A stretch of 62,638 bases of DNA, filler included, from Rhabdomonas costata (Eukaryota): NCBI GenBank assembly GCA_019059605.1. It is 24 parts of 24 records of this genome, joined end to end, with 100 filler letters (N's around TTAATTAATTAA, not from the genome) between each part and the next. Parts side by side here need not be neighbours in the genome. Positions count along the whole stretch, not along the records: positions 60,129 to 62,638 come from JAHMHO010003092.1; 23 more parts are not named here. One strand, written 5' to 3'. A program made the position numbers and the translations under genes. Under the pieces are notes generated by a model. It searched no databases, was not told the DNA's origin, and saw nothing but the letters and a program-made list of their open reading frames with translations. This document shows positions 62,615 to 62,638 of this stretch, one piece after another. Each line of letters opens with the position of its first letter. The first letter of the stretch is position 1.

Positions 62615-62638
62615 CCTGCTCTCCTGTAAAAAGCAGCA
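62512..62638 (+). repeat. 127-nt direct repeat of the contig start (60129-60255)
   Basis: 126 of 127 positions are identical; the mismatch is T60158 versus A62541. Confidence 0.97.

Overview
This window is not one locus. It is 24 unrelated ~2.5 kb contigs joined by an artificial 100-nt spacer (N44-TTAATTAATTAA-N44). Most contigs start with G/T-only bases and end with A/C-only bases, which suggests degenerate-primer whole-genome amplification. The DNA comes from an intron-rich flagellated eukaryote; a euglenozoan/euglenid-like protist is an inference, not proven. Manual splicing recovers fragments of CFAP58, sideroflexin, DHX16/Prp2, BOP1, a URB1-like protein, an EEP/neutral sphingomyelinase, a PP2C, EF-hand, ankyrin and WD40 proteins. 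It also recovers many sensory genes: two histidine kinases (one with a FixL-type PAS domain), a Cache receptor, an intact class III adenylate cyclase and a pseudo-cyclase. A decayed intron-containing hAT transposase and a terminally redundant, permuted Ty3/gypsy fragment are present. The best leads are the spliced FixL-like PAS kinase with a non-canonical H-box, a Cys-less pseudo-metacaspase, frequent GC-AG introns with degenerate donors, a bacterial-like orphan protein and the circular/tandem gypsy fragment. No rRNA, tRNA or CRISPR array was found. All family assignments are from motif recognition; no database search was run.
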